IMG/VR virus record: IMGVR_UViG_3300045988_011398
Reading direction: 5' to 3' (one strand)
Length of the DNA stretch: 64,000 bases
DNA from: a virus
Positions within the stretch are counted from its first letter, which is position 1. Each line of letters opens with the position of its first letter. Of this stretch, positions 27,953 to 37,800 are shown one piece after another. Made by a program: the position numbers and the translations under genes. The notes beneath the pieces were generated by a model, which searched no databases, had not been told where the DNA came from, and worked only from the letters and a program-made list of their open reading frames with translations.

Positions 27953-27966
27953 AAGGAGGAAATAAT

Positions 27967-28125
27967 ATGAGTAAACAATCTGAAAATTTCAAGAAGCTGG
28001 TAAAAGGAAACCCTATTGGTTCCATTACTACAGCTATTAATATGCTTCAATCTTCTGTGAAGAATGAGCTTATGAAAGAGTTCGGAGTATCTACTGTAGA
28101 AGAATTGGCTTTCAAACTGAAGTAG
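27967..28125 (+). CDS. Small hypothetical protein (52 aa)
   Basis: Below the ORF-track cutoff. Its ATG is preceded by AAGGAGG (27953-27959), and it fills an otherwise empty 170-nt gap. Confidence 0.35.
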   Translation: MSKQSENFKKLVKGNPIGSITTAINMLQSSVKNELMKEFGVSTVEELAFKLK

Positions 28126-28126
28126 T

Positions 28127-28924
28127 ATGGTAGATAACTTTGAACTAATCAAGTCTATGTTCTACTTCAATGAGGCAAATGATATGTTCTTTCATTGCCA
28201 AATTGTACAGAGGGCAAAAGACCATAAGGGAGAGAAGGTAAGAGAAGGTGCAATCAAGACTTACTTTATAAGAAGTGCTGAACATCTTATGAGAGTAAAA
28301 GATGAAATCATTCTCCTATGTGAGCACTACAAGGCAAGGGCATACATTAATGTTGCAGGAAAGGATTTTAGTGCATTACAATCTTTGATGCTTGTGAAAC
28401 TTGCAAGTGACATTCATCAAGGTCTTGTAAGAAATCCAAGAAAGTGTCTCAATAGTGCAGCAGGTGAACTCAAATCAAGGATGCCTAAGTGGATTGTAGA
28501 TGTAGATGATGTGTCACTAAAGAACTCTATCAAGGAGAAACTCTTTGAGTTGTATGTAGAGGCTTGGAGGAGGAAAGGTTCTGATATTTCAGTAGAAGCA
28601 CTTAAAGAAGTGGAGGATAGTTATATCTATGCTGAAGTGCCTACTAAACAAGGAATCCATCTTATTGTAAAGCCTTTCAATACTAAGGCATTCAGTGAAG
28701 TATTTCCTGATGTGGATGTTCATAAGAACTCTATGGGCACTATGCTGTATTACCCAAATAACTTGGATAGACCTATATATTGCTGTAGTCAATGCGGAGG
28801 AACTAACATTCAAGTGCAGGCATGGGTTAATGCCAATACCAATGAGTATGTAGATGACATTGGTGAGGGTGAATGCTGGTGTGAGAATTGTCAAAAGCAT
28901 ACTACAATAAGAGAGATAAAATGA
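28127..28924 (+). CDS. Hypothetical protein with C-terminal zinc ribbon
   Basis: 265 aa. C-terminal CCSQCGG...CWCENC. Confidence 0.45.
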   Translation: MVDNFELIKSMFYFNEANDMFFHCQIVQRAKDHKGEKVREGAIKTYFIRSAEHLMRVKDEIILLCEHYKARAYINVAGKDFSALQSLMLVKLASDIHQGLVRNPRKCLNSAAGELKSRMPKWIVDVDDVSLKNSIKEKLFELYVEAWRRKGSDISVEALKEVEDSYIYAEVPTKQGIHLIVKPFNTKAFSEVFPDVDVHKNSMGTMLYYPNNLDRPIYCCSQCGGTNIQVQAWVNANTNEYVDDIGEGECWCENCQKHTTIREIK

Positions 28925-29142
28925 AGAAGTTATTGATTTTGATGGTTGCAGTTCTTATGTCTGCATGTTGTAGTAAGCCATCTTCCAATCATGATACTCA
29001 ATATAATCAGTATCAAGTGATTGATGAGAATGGTAAATGGGTTACATATAAGATAGATGATACACACTTCTTATGTGTTCCCAACTACAATGCAGACAAA
29101 GGAGCTGTTCCAGTAATGTTAGAAGTAAAGAAGGAGAGATGA
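28921..29142 (+). CDS. Small secreted lipoprotein
   Basis: Start set to the ATG at 28921 (ATGA overlap). MKKLLILMVAVLMSAC is a signal peptide plus lipobox. Confidence 0.6.
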   Translation: MKKLLILMVAVLMSACCSKPSSNHDTQYNQYQVIDENGKWVTYKIDDTHFLCVPNYNADKGAVPVMLEVKKER

Positions 29143-29387
29143 AGCTGATTAAGTTATATGCAGATTGATGTGGACCTTGTAAGGTCTTGGAGAAGATGTT
29201 GAAAGACCACAATATTGAGCATGAAAGTGTGAATATTGATTCACCAGATGGTGAAGGACTTTCAATTAAACATAGTGTGCGGGCTATTCCCACACTATTA
29301 GTGTTGGATGAAAATGATAATTTGGTCAGGAAGATGACAGGATTACCTGCTACTCCTACAGATTTAACAAAGTTTGTATATGAGTGA
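29139..29387 (+). CDS. Thioredoxin with an in-frame TGA at the Trp codon of WCGPC (recoded, leaky, or a recent pseudogene)
   Basis: ATG at 29139 (ATGA overlap). Reads MKLIKLYAD-TGA-CGPCK...VRAIPTL. The TGA at 29166-29168 falls exactly where WCGPC requires Trp, and the cis-Pro loop IPT is present. The ORF track only reports the downstream fragment 29187-29387. Confidence 0.7.
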
Positions 29388-29958
29388 AATTGTTAGATTA
29401 GACCAAGTAACAAGTTGGAAGAGAGCTTTGAATGCTGCAAGAAGGACTATTGGTAAAGCACCATTAGCCAAAGAGCCTTCAAAGTCTTGGGAAGCAAAGA
29501 TGCTCCTTGCTGAGCATAGTCCAATTAGGTTAGTAGAATTTGATTGGACATGGAAGGACATCATGCAGTGGGTCACTACTCATCTTGTAAGACACCATGA
29601 AGGCTGTGAGAAGTTTGTCCATAGCCAGAGAGGAGATAGGAGAGTATTGCCTGTCCCAAGAAATGAATTACCTCAAGGTGCTCCTAATGATATGGATATG
29701 ACAGCCAATGCTCAGGCTATTATAAACATATCAAGAAAGAGACTGTGTTCTTGTGCTTCTAAAGAAACCAGAGAAGCATGGAAACAAGTAGTAGAGGCTA
29801 TTAGGAAGGTAGACCCAGTATTAGCTGATAAATGTGTTCCTGAATGTCTGTATAGAGGATTCTGTCCTGAGTTTATGAACCCTTGTGGGTATTCTAAAAC
29901 TAAGAAATTTGAAGAGGATTTGCAGAGATACAGAAACACAGATTATGAGCAGGAGTAA
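29380..29958 (+). CDS. thyX: ThyX-like flavin-dependent thymidylate synthase (short, RHH variant)
   Basis: EHSP ... RHHegcekfvhSqR fits the ThyX motif RHR-x7/8-S with the third Arg replaced by His. The first true ATG is at 29380. Confidence 0.55.
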   Translation: MSEIVRLDQVTSWKRALNAARRTIGKAPLAKEPSKSWEAKMLLAEHSPIRLVEFDWTWKDIMQWVTTHLVRHHEGCEKFVHSQRGDRRVLPVPRNELPQGAPNDMDMTANAQAIINISRKRLCSCASKETREAWKQVVEAIRKVDPVLADKCVPECLYRGFCPEFMNPCGYSKTKKFEEDLQRYRNTDYEQE

Positions 29959-29975
29959 TTCCTGCTTTTTTTTTT
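29948..29975 (+). terminator. Rho-independent terminator
   Basis: Stem agcagga/tcctgct with loop gtaat, followed by a T10 run. Overlaps the thyX stop. Confidence 0.75.
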
Positions 29976-30003
29976 GTGATAAACAATTAAAAAGAAAAAG
30001 GAT

Positions 30004-30249
30004 ATGGCAATTTTTAGTAATGGTAAGGCTACTGTAGCAAAGGCTACATTTGCAGAGAGACTCAGCAGTGTAAAGGCTATGTTTCAGACTGCACACAATC
30101 AGGCATCTGCATTGAATGATGAGATGCAGAAAGAGATTGAAACAAAGCAGGCTCAGATTGAGTCTATTAATGCTCAAATAAAGGAGATTAGTATTACTCA
30201 GGAAGAGACTAAGAGATTTATGTCCAACTTAGAAAAGTTTATTAAATGA
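30004..30249 (+). CDS. Small coiled-coil protein
   Basis: 81 aa with heptad-like Gln/Glu/Lys-rich sequence. Confidence 0.4.
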   Translation: MAIFSNGKATVAKATFAERLSSVKAMFQTAHNQASALNDEMQKEIETKQAQIESINAQIKEISITQEETKRFMSNLEKFIK

Positions 30250-31007
30250 GAACAGGATTAGTTAAACCCAAAGTAAAAGAAAGCACTACTACATCATCAG
30301 ATGGCAGGCTTGACATGGTGATTGCATTTGATACTACTGGCTCCATGAGAAGTTACATTGATGCAGTCAAGGAGCATGTGAAGGTGCTGATTCCTAAACT
30401 CTTCAAACAGAATCCTGATTTGAGGATAGGAATAGTGGCTTTTGGTGACTATTGTGATATGCCAAGCAAAGATAGATTTGGTAAGGCATATCAAGTATGT
30501 GAGCTTACTGATAATGAGAATAGACTTATAGAGTTCATCACTAAGGCACAGGACACAAATGGGGGTGATGGAGATGAGTTCTATGAGCTTGTTATCAAGA
30601 AGATAGTAGAAGAGACTAATTGGAGAGAAGGTTCTACCAAAGCAGTTCTTCTTATTGCAGATGCAGAACCACATAGGGTAGGATATAGCTACAGTGATAG
30701 AGTAGTTAATAATCAAATTGATTGGAGAGAAGAGGCTAAGAAAGCTGCTGAGAAAGGAATCAAGTTTGATACATTGACTATAAATAAAACTGGGTGGTAT
30801 AAAGAACTCTCAAGTACTACTAATGGTGTAAGTGCTCCATTTAGTACAAGCTCAAAGACTTCACAACTTGTTGAAGCTGCTGCATTGGCAAGAGGAGGAG
30901 AAAAGACAAGAGGTCTTTATAAGGCTACTATGGATAGCTTTGAAGCAAGTGGTGATACTGAAATGACTGCTGTATATGCAGCCTATTCAAAAGAAGTAAT
31001 ATCTTAA
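30246..31007 (+). CDS. von Willebrand factor A (vWA) domain protein
   Basis: MIDAS-like VIAFDTTGSM and LLIADAEPH, typical vWA strands. Confidence 0.7.
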   Translation: MRTGLVKPKVKESTTTSSDGRLDMVIAFDTTGSMRSYIDAVKEHVKVLIPKLFKQNPDLRIGIVAFGDYCDMPSKDRFGKAYQVCELTDNENRLIEFITKAQDTNGGDGDEFYELVIKKIVEETNWREGSTKAVLLIADAEPHRVGYSYSDRVVNNQIDWREEAKKAAEKGIKFDTLTINKTGWYKELSSTTNGVSAPFSTSSKTSQLVEAAALARGGEKTRGLYKATMDSFEASGDTEMTAVYAAYSKEVIS

Positions 31008-31019
31008 AACAATAAAAAC

Positions 31020-31646
31020 ATGAAAGTAAATCTTGCAGAAATTGAAGTAGGTGACATCTTCTCAGAAGAGTCCCATTACATTGTAAAAGAAGTAAAGAAG
31101 GATAGTGTTGTATTTGAACATCTTGAAAGTGGGAAGACTGTAAGTCTGAGCAATGAGTATGTTCATAATATGCTCAATACTTCTGACCAGTATGAAAGAG
31201 AAGTAAAAGTTACTAAGGAAGATAAGAAAGATGGTACTCCGGGTATAAGAACTATCTTTGAAGGTATCAAATCTTCTGAGGTATTCACTGTAGTCTTCAA
31301 GAAACAGGATAAAGCCAAGACTAAGAAACAGTTTGAGGCTGAGAGAGAGGCTCAGAGAGTTGAGGCTATTGCCCTGATTGATAAGGCTAAGAAGCAGAAG
31401 AAGTCTATGGCTGTAGCCTATAAGGAAGCTCTTGAGTTCATTCAGAATAATCCTGTAAAGGACTATATTGAAGGTGAGGATAGAGTACTGAGAGGTTACA
31501 AGATGCAGTTTGTCTCAAGAGATGGTAAATACAAGTGTATGGACATGGATATTGAGAGAACTGAGAAGGAGACAGGTGAAAGATTGGTGAACATCAATAC
31601 AATCTCTCAGCTTATCTACAATGGAGTGAAGTATGTGGTAGAGTAA
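31020..31646 (+). CDS. Hypothetical protein (possible repeated small beta-barrel modules)
   Basis: 208 aa with a Lys-rich central helix. Confidence 0.4.
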   Translation: MKVNLAEIEVGDIFSEESHYIVKEVKKDSVVFEHLESGKTVSLSNEYVHNMLNTSDQYEREVKVTKEDKKDGTPGIRTIFEGIKSSEVFTVVFKKQDKAKTKKQFEAEREAQRVEAIALIDKAKKQKKSMAVAYKEALEFIQNNPVKDYIEGEDRVLRGYKMQFVSRDGKYKCMDMDIERTEKETGERLVNINTISQLIYNGVKYVVE

Positions 31647-31693
31647 ATCTCTGCTATTTACTATCTCTTCTTGACAATATTAAGAGATTTTCT

Positions 31694-31725
31694 AAGGGAG
31701 ATAGCAATATCTCCCTTATTTCTTT
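31694..31725 (+). terminator. Rho-independent terminator
   Basis: Stem aagggagata (31694-31703) pairs with tatctccctt (31708-31717), loop gcaa, then a T-rich tail. Confidence 0.75.
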
Positions 31726-31800
31726 ATACCATAATTAGTAATCAAATTAACTGGTGACAACTTTTATACTTAATATCTTGGTTTATTAAGGATAAATACT

Positions 31801-31808
31801 TACCTTTG
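31801..31808 (+). promoter_or_regulatory. Bacteroidota-type -7 promoter box TAccTTTG
   Basis: Exact TAnnTTTG match 28 nt upstream of the ATG at 31837, in the largest intergenic gap (190 bp). Confidence 0.55.
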
Positions 31809-31836
31809 CTGTTGTTTTATTTAACAAGGATATTAT

Positions 31837-34800
31837 ATGAATAATTGCTTAGTAACAACTAAAGAGATTAGGGATTTAGCTAAGAAGTTACAGGGTGAGA
31901 CTGAGGAATCTGTAAAGGGTCTTGTAGCTTTGTGGCAAAAAGAGAATAATAAATCTATTGAAGAGTATCCTACTGCAAAAGAACTTAATGATTTCAGATT
32001 TAAGCTTAGGAATGCAGATGTAACAGAGATGCTTGATGAGGCATTATCCTCTTCATTTGATACTCCTAAGGTCTCTTCCATTGAAGAGCAGGCTAAGGTT
32101 GATTTAGACTTTGACCCAAGAACAAGAAGGGATAGAGTTACTTTGATTGCAAGATTCTTCAGTAATGAGGTAGACAAGGCATTACAGGAAATGAATGATT
32201 CCATTAACAAGAGAATGGACACTGTTTCTGATGAAGAAAGATTGCAATTACAGAAGGAACTAAGTTCCCTTGACAGATTTACTGTCATAAAGAAGTACAC
32301 TCCTGCTGGATTGTTTAGTAGAGTATTGGATATATTCCAATCCTATATTAATGATACAGAGGAGAACAGAGTGAAGGTTGAATTGGATAAAATCAATTCA
32401 GCTAAAGGTGCAGACAAATATTCTGATGAGCAGAAATTAGCTGCTGCAAAGAAGAAAGCTGCATATAAGGAACAAGCCTATAGAAAGGTTGTTGATAACT
32501 TCAAACCTCTGGCAGAAGAAGCAAGTACATTGCTTGTGATGACAGAAGGAATTAGGATTGACCCGAACTACATTGCTCCTAAAGATGCCAACTTGAATGA
32601 TGATACTCCTGAAGGAGATAGTGAACTTGATGAGCAAGCTGATGATTATAATAAGGAAGAGACTTTCAAGGATGGTTGGATGACCAACTTTAGACAAGTA
32701 AGTTCCCATGAATCATTATCTCAAGCAGTAAGAAAGGTCATTAGACAAGTACCTAAATTGGATTATAGAGGAAAGTATGAGAAAGATGACTTAGGATTCA
32801 CAAGATATTTGGATGCTGATTATGTCCATGCAACTTTCATTGATAAGTTGAGGGATATGATTACCTCTGAAGATATGATTCCTCTTATACAGGAGCTTGA
32901 AAAGAACAAGCCTTGGGTAAAGCAAGTAACAAAGCTTTTACAAGGTAATGAAACACTGTTCTCTCAGTTCTACCAAGACTTCAGAAAGGACTTCATGCCT
33001 TACTGGATTCAGAAGAAAAAGATGATGCCTGATGGTACATTCAAGATGCAGACTATTGCTATTAATAAGCCTGAAGGTGTATATTATCTTCTTGATGCTT
33101 GGAGAGATAACTATGAGAATGGTATTCAACTTGATGATGATAGTGTATATGAGAAGAATGGAGATATAAATATTGAAAATGCTGAGAAAGGTCTCAAGTG
33201 GGTTGAAACCCTAAATAACAAATTCTCCAATCTTGATACTGAGGCAAGATTGAAACTTCTTGAAGAGGATAGGATTTGGAATACTATCCTAAAGTTGTTG
33301 AATATGATTGGTATTGATGCCAATCCTTCAGTATTGAAGAATGCACTTACAGATATTAAAACCTCTGATACAATCAAGTTCACTGACCCTATCATGCTTC
33401 TATTACCTCAATTGAATGTAATATTCAGTGGTATTAAGAAGGGTGATATAAAGTCTGAGACAAGAGAAGATGGAACAGAGAAGAGGGGGGACTTAATCAA
33501 TACATTTGGCTCTGCTTACAACATGATTGCAAGTATGATGGCTAATGTAACTGAAGATGCTATTGAAAGTAGTGTTAGAGAGAATGATAAGTCCTATTAC
33601 TCTCATGTTACCCCTAATTACCTTGGGAAGTTGATTAAACAACTCAAGAATGTAAGAGGAGACAAGAAGAGATTTGAGGAGTTCATTAATACTGAGTTTA
33701 AGCAGTATGAGTGGTTCTTCAAGGATGGAAGATGGAGAAGTGATTGGTTGGAGCAACTTGTCAATTCTGAGGAAATGAGAAGAGGTCTAAGTCATAAAGT
33801 GGTGTTGAACTCTGATAAAGTGGACTATACCAACTGGGATGATTTGGATTACACATTAGCACTTCTTACTGAATACTGGGGAGACCCAGAAGATAGTAGA
33901 ACAAGTGTAAAGTGGGCTTGGTATCATGTTCCTATTCTTTCAGACTCTCCTTCTGCTGAGTTCATCAGATTCAGAAAGTATGTCAGTGGGGTTGAATATG
34001 ATGAAAATGGAAACAAGCTGACTTATGATGATATTATTCTTGATAAACTGACTGATTTAGTCAATCAAGAATATGACAGAATAATGCTTGTCAGAGCAAG
34101 AGATGAGGAGCTTCAAAATGGTAATCCAAACATCTCTCCTATAGCAAACTATGATATTGTCAGAAAGAAGGATGGAAGTATTAAGAGTATAGGTGGAGCT
34201 GAGTTCAAGTTCTTACCTGCACTTAACTCCATTAGATATGATAATGGAGAGACATTCCTTGACAGATTAAGTAGGTTGAGTAGAGAGGGAAGTGGTGCTG
34301 AGTTGAAGGATTTTATCAGAGGTGCTCTTAGAGAAGTCATGGATAATGGTTTTGAAGAAGCATATAGAGATTGGGTAAGAATTGGTCTGCTTGATGAACT
34401 GCCAAATGGAAGATATAAATATCTGCCTTTTGCAGGGCAAGCACAGCAGAACTCAAGGACTGCAAAATCTCTTATTAAGGCTAAAGAGATTCTTGGCACT
34501 ACTCTATGGACTACTGATATGGAGTTATTGCTAAGAGACTATAACAATAATGCCCCAGTAGATGATAGAGTAGCTGCAAACCTATTTCAACAGATAAGGG
34601 ATATGGTTACTCAAAAGGCTACAAGAGGTGATATTACAAAGCAGGAAGCTGACAGTATCAATAGAAACCTTGTAGTAAAGAACAATGCAAAAGCTGCATT
34701 GAGAGAGTACTACTGGAATAGTAAATTAGCCACTTCTCAAATCATTGAACTGACTACTACTGATTTGGCATTCTATAAGAATGTAGAGGACTTTCAAAAG

Positions 34801-37800
34801 AGATATAAGGAGGTTCATGCCCCTGCTCTTAGAATGAATACCAAAGCAACTTATAAGGGTGAGAGAATTGGTAGAGATTGGGAAAGAACTATTTACTTGA
34901 TGGATGATGAGATTACCTCTTCTGTACTAAGTGACATTGAAACAGTTCTTGATGAAAGAGTCAAGAGAGGTGAAATGACCAAGACAGATAGAGATAATAT
35001 TGTCAATAAGTTTAAGGCAGTTAATGTTGCAGATGCACAGGCTTATAGAAGTCTAAGCTCTTATAGAGCAATACTTGGTATGTCAGGTCAATGGACAGAT
35101 GAAATGGAGCAAGCATATAACAATTTCAAGAATGGTACTTGGAACATTGCTGACTTCAATATCATCTGGCAGACTAAGAAACCTTATGTATATACTCAAG
35201 TCAATAATATGAGTGGTGTACAAGGTCATACAGGCATAAAGACTCCTGTACAGCATAAGAACTCTGAGTTCCTATTACTTGCTATGCACGAATTAATTGC
35301 TGGACCTCTTGGCAAGTCAAGCAAGCTAAGAGCCATCAATGAGTTCATGGAAGAGAATAACATTGATGTAGTTCAATTTGAGTCTACTACTAAAGTTGGT
35401 AAGCAAGGGATTATTGACCTTAACCAAGTCAATGATTTCAAGCAGGTGAAAGAAGTCTTGAAGAGTGCCACTACACAAGATGGTGTGGAGAATCCTAATG
35501 TAGTTCATAAAGTGAGCTATGAGGATTATGGTATTCAGACTGCAACTCCTGAACATGCTATTGATGCTGTACAGCTTGTAGGTACTCAGATTAGAAAGTT
35601 GATTACTGCTGATATTGCACCAGATGCTATTATTGAGGTTGATGGTAAAAAGATGACCAAGCAAGAATGGCTGGATTTATATAATGCTATTAACACTGAA
35701 AACATCCTTCAGGCATTCAGGGATGTAGATGATATATTCAAAGACCCTAAGAAGGTAGAGGAGATACTACTTGAAGAGATTAGAGGTAATCAGAGATATG
35801 GAATTGACATGATGAGAGCATGTACTCTTAATGAGAATGGTCAGTTCAATATTCCATTATTTGACCCTGTACAATCTCAGAGAGTGCAGACCCTTTTGAA
35901 TAGTATCATCAAGAGCAGAATTACCAAGCAGAAGATTAGAGGTGGAGCATTGATTCAGGTATCTGATTATGGCTTGACTGATGAACTTCATGTGGTATTT
36001 GAAGGAGAAGGTGAGAACAAGAGAATCAAGTATCTTGAGTGTTATATGCCAGCTTATTCAAGAGAGTTCTATGAGCCTCTTATGAAGGAAGGAACTCATG
36101 AACTTGACATCAACAAGTTGCCTGAAGACCTTAGAAAGTTGATTGGCTATAGAGTTCCAACAGAGGATAAGTATTCAATGGCTCCTCTGTATATCAAGGG
36201 ATTCTTACCTCAACAGAATGGTTCTGCAATTATGCTTCCTGCTGAGATTACTACTCTATCAGGTTCAGACTTTGATGTGGATAAAATGTACATCATGTTG
36301 CCTGAATTTAAGGTAGAGAAGTTTGATTTCAGAAGAGCAAAGCAGGATTTCAAAGGTGAGCAAAGAATACTTGATGAATTGGCTTCTCTATTCAGAGAAG
36401 GCAGCCTGATGGATGACTTTGCAAATGCACCTGTAGAGTTTAAGGAATGGTTCAGAGAGAACAAGGAGAAGTACAGACTTGCTACACCTAAGATTAGGAA
36501 AGTAAAGTATGACTTTAATAAAGCCCCACAAGAGAATAGTCTTGAAGCAAGAAATAACTTGATGATAGATATGATGTGGGGAGTTTTGACAAATGCAGAT
36601 ACAGCTTCTAAGATTCTTAACCCCGGTGGTTTTGATTATCAGAAGAAGGCTGCAAGAATTGTCAGTATCCTTAGTTCAAGTTATGAATCAGATTTGAGAA
36701 GGGATTTGAATATTCCTAATGGTCCAGTTATCACTAAGTTAGTTTCAATGGATTTGGAAGAACTTGACAAACTTGCTGAAAGAACTAAGAGAAAACTTGA
36801 CCCTATCTCTCCAAGAACTCAGGTACAACTTCACCAACAGAATATGACTGGTGCAAAGCTGATTGGTATATATGCAAACCATAATGCAAACCATGCTTTG
36901 ATGCAGCATACTGAATTAGGTCTTGATGTGGAAAATGGCTCATTTGTATTGAATGGAAAGAGACTTACATCCCTACATGATATTATGAATAGAGACAAAG
37001 AGTTCATATCAAAGAATAATGCAGGTTTCTTGGCTGCATCTGTGGATAATGTGAAAGACCCTGTGTTGGCTGGTATTAACCAGAACACATTTACTGCTGA
37101 TGCCTCTATGCTTCTTTCAAGACTTGGTTACAATCCTGTTGAGATAGGTCTGCTTATGGCACAACCTATTATCATGGATATTACTCAGGCTTATTTCAGA
37201 GAAAGCAGAGAAGGTAAAGGTAAGGACACTGTGATTGATGAAATCCTTGTAGAATATAAGAAGAAGGCTGCAATGATGGAAGAAGTTACTTATGATAACT
37301 ATAAGAATAATGACTTCCTAATTGAAGACCTTGCCAACAACATCCTTATTGCAAAGGAAATGGCAGGCATTATAAGTGCCCATCAGACTTCTGATTACAG
37401 TAAGGTTGAGTTCTATAAGAAACAAGTTGCTGTAGGATTCCTATTTAAGAGAATAATGAGAACTGCTGATAGTCTTGGTCAGCTTGTACAAGCTACAAGG
37501 TCTGATACTCAAGGTGGTGCAGCAGGTCCAACTATTGCTGATACAAAGCTCAAAATCCAAAAGGTTCAAGACTTCTTGAAAGATATGGAGGAGAATGACA
37601 AGTTCCCACTTGTAGGGGCAGATGTAATCAGTGACAGTATTTCTCTTAATGATGACATTGACAACATAAGAGAGCAATTGCTTGCAAGTAAATTGCCTTT
37701 TTTACAGGCATTCTACACACTTGGATTGAAGCAATCAGAGAGAATGCTAAGCAAGTATTTCCCTCAATTCACTGAGTCATTTGATGAAGTGGTTGATGTT

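Noticed and set aside
27953-27959. Shine-Dalgarno-like AAGGAGG before the 52-aa ORF, and aaggagag before the thioredoxin ATG, as evidence for a non-Bacteroidota host.
   Set aside because: These are isolated cases. The second abuts the ATG with no spacer and lies inside the upstream coding sequence. All other starts lack SD sites and have A-rich leaders.
29166-29186. Selenocysteine insertion at the thioredoxin TGA, with the downstream hairpin acting as a SECIS.
   Set aside because: The TGA replaces the invariant Trp, not a redox Cys. The hairpin has only a 5-6 bp stem with a tiny loop and is largely dictated by the GPCKV codons.
31671-31676. TTGACA sigma70-like -35 hexamer after the 31020-31646 gene.
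   Set aside because: No -10 hexamer lies at the proper spacing, the hexamer sits upstream of a terminator, and the inferred host uses TAnnTTTG promoters.
31647-31836. tRNA or other small RNA gene in the largest intergenic gaps (also 54260-54367 and 61090-61196).
   Set aside because: The gaps are accounted for by a terminator hairpin plus a promoter box. No cloverleaf-compatible arms or T-loop GTTCRA motif were seen.
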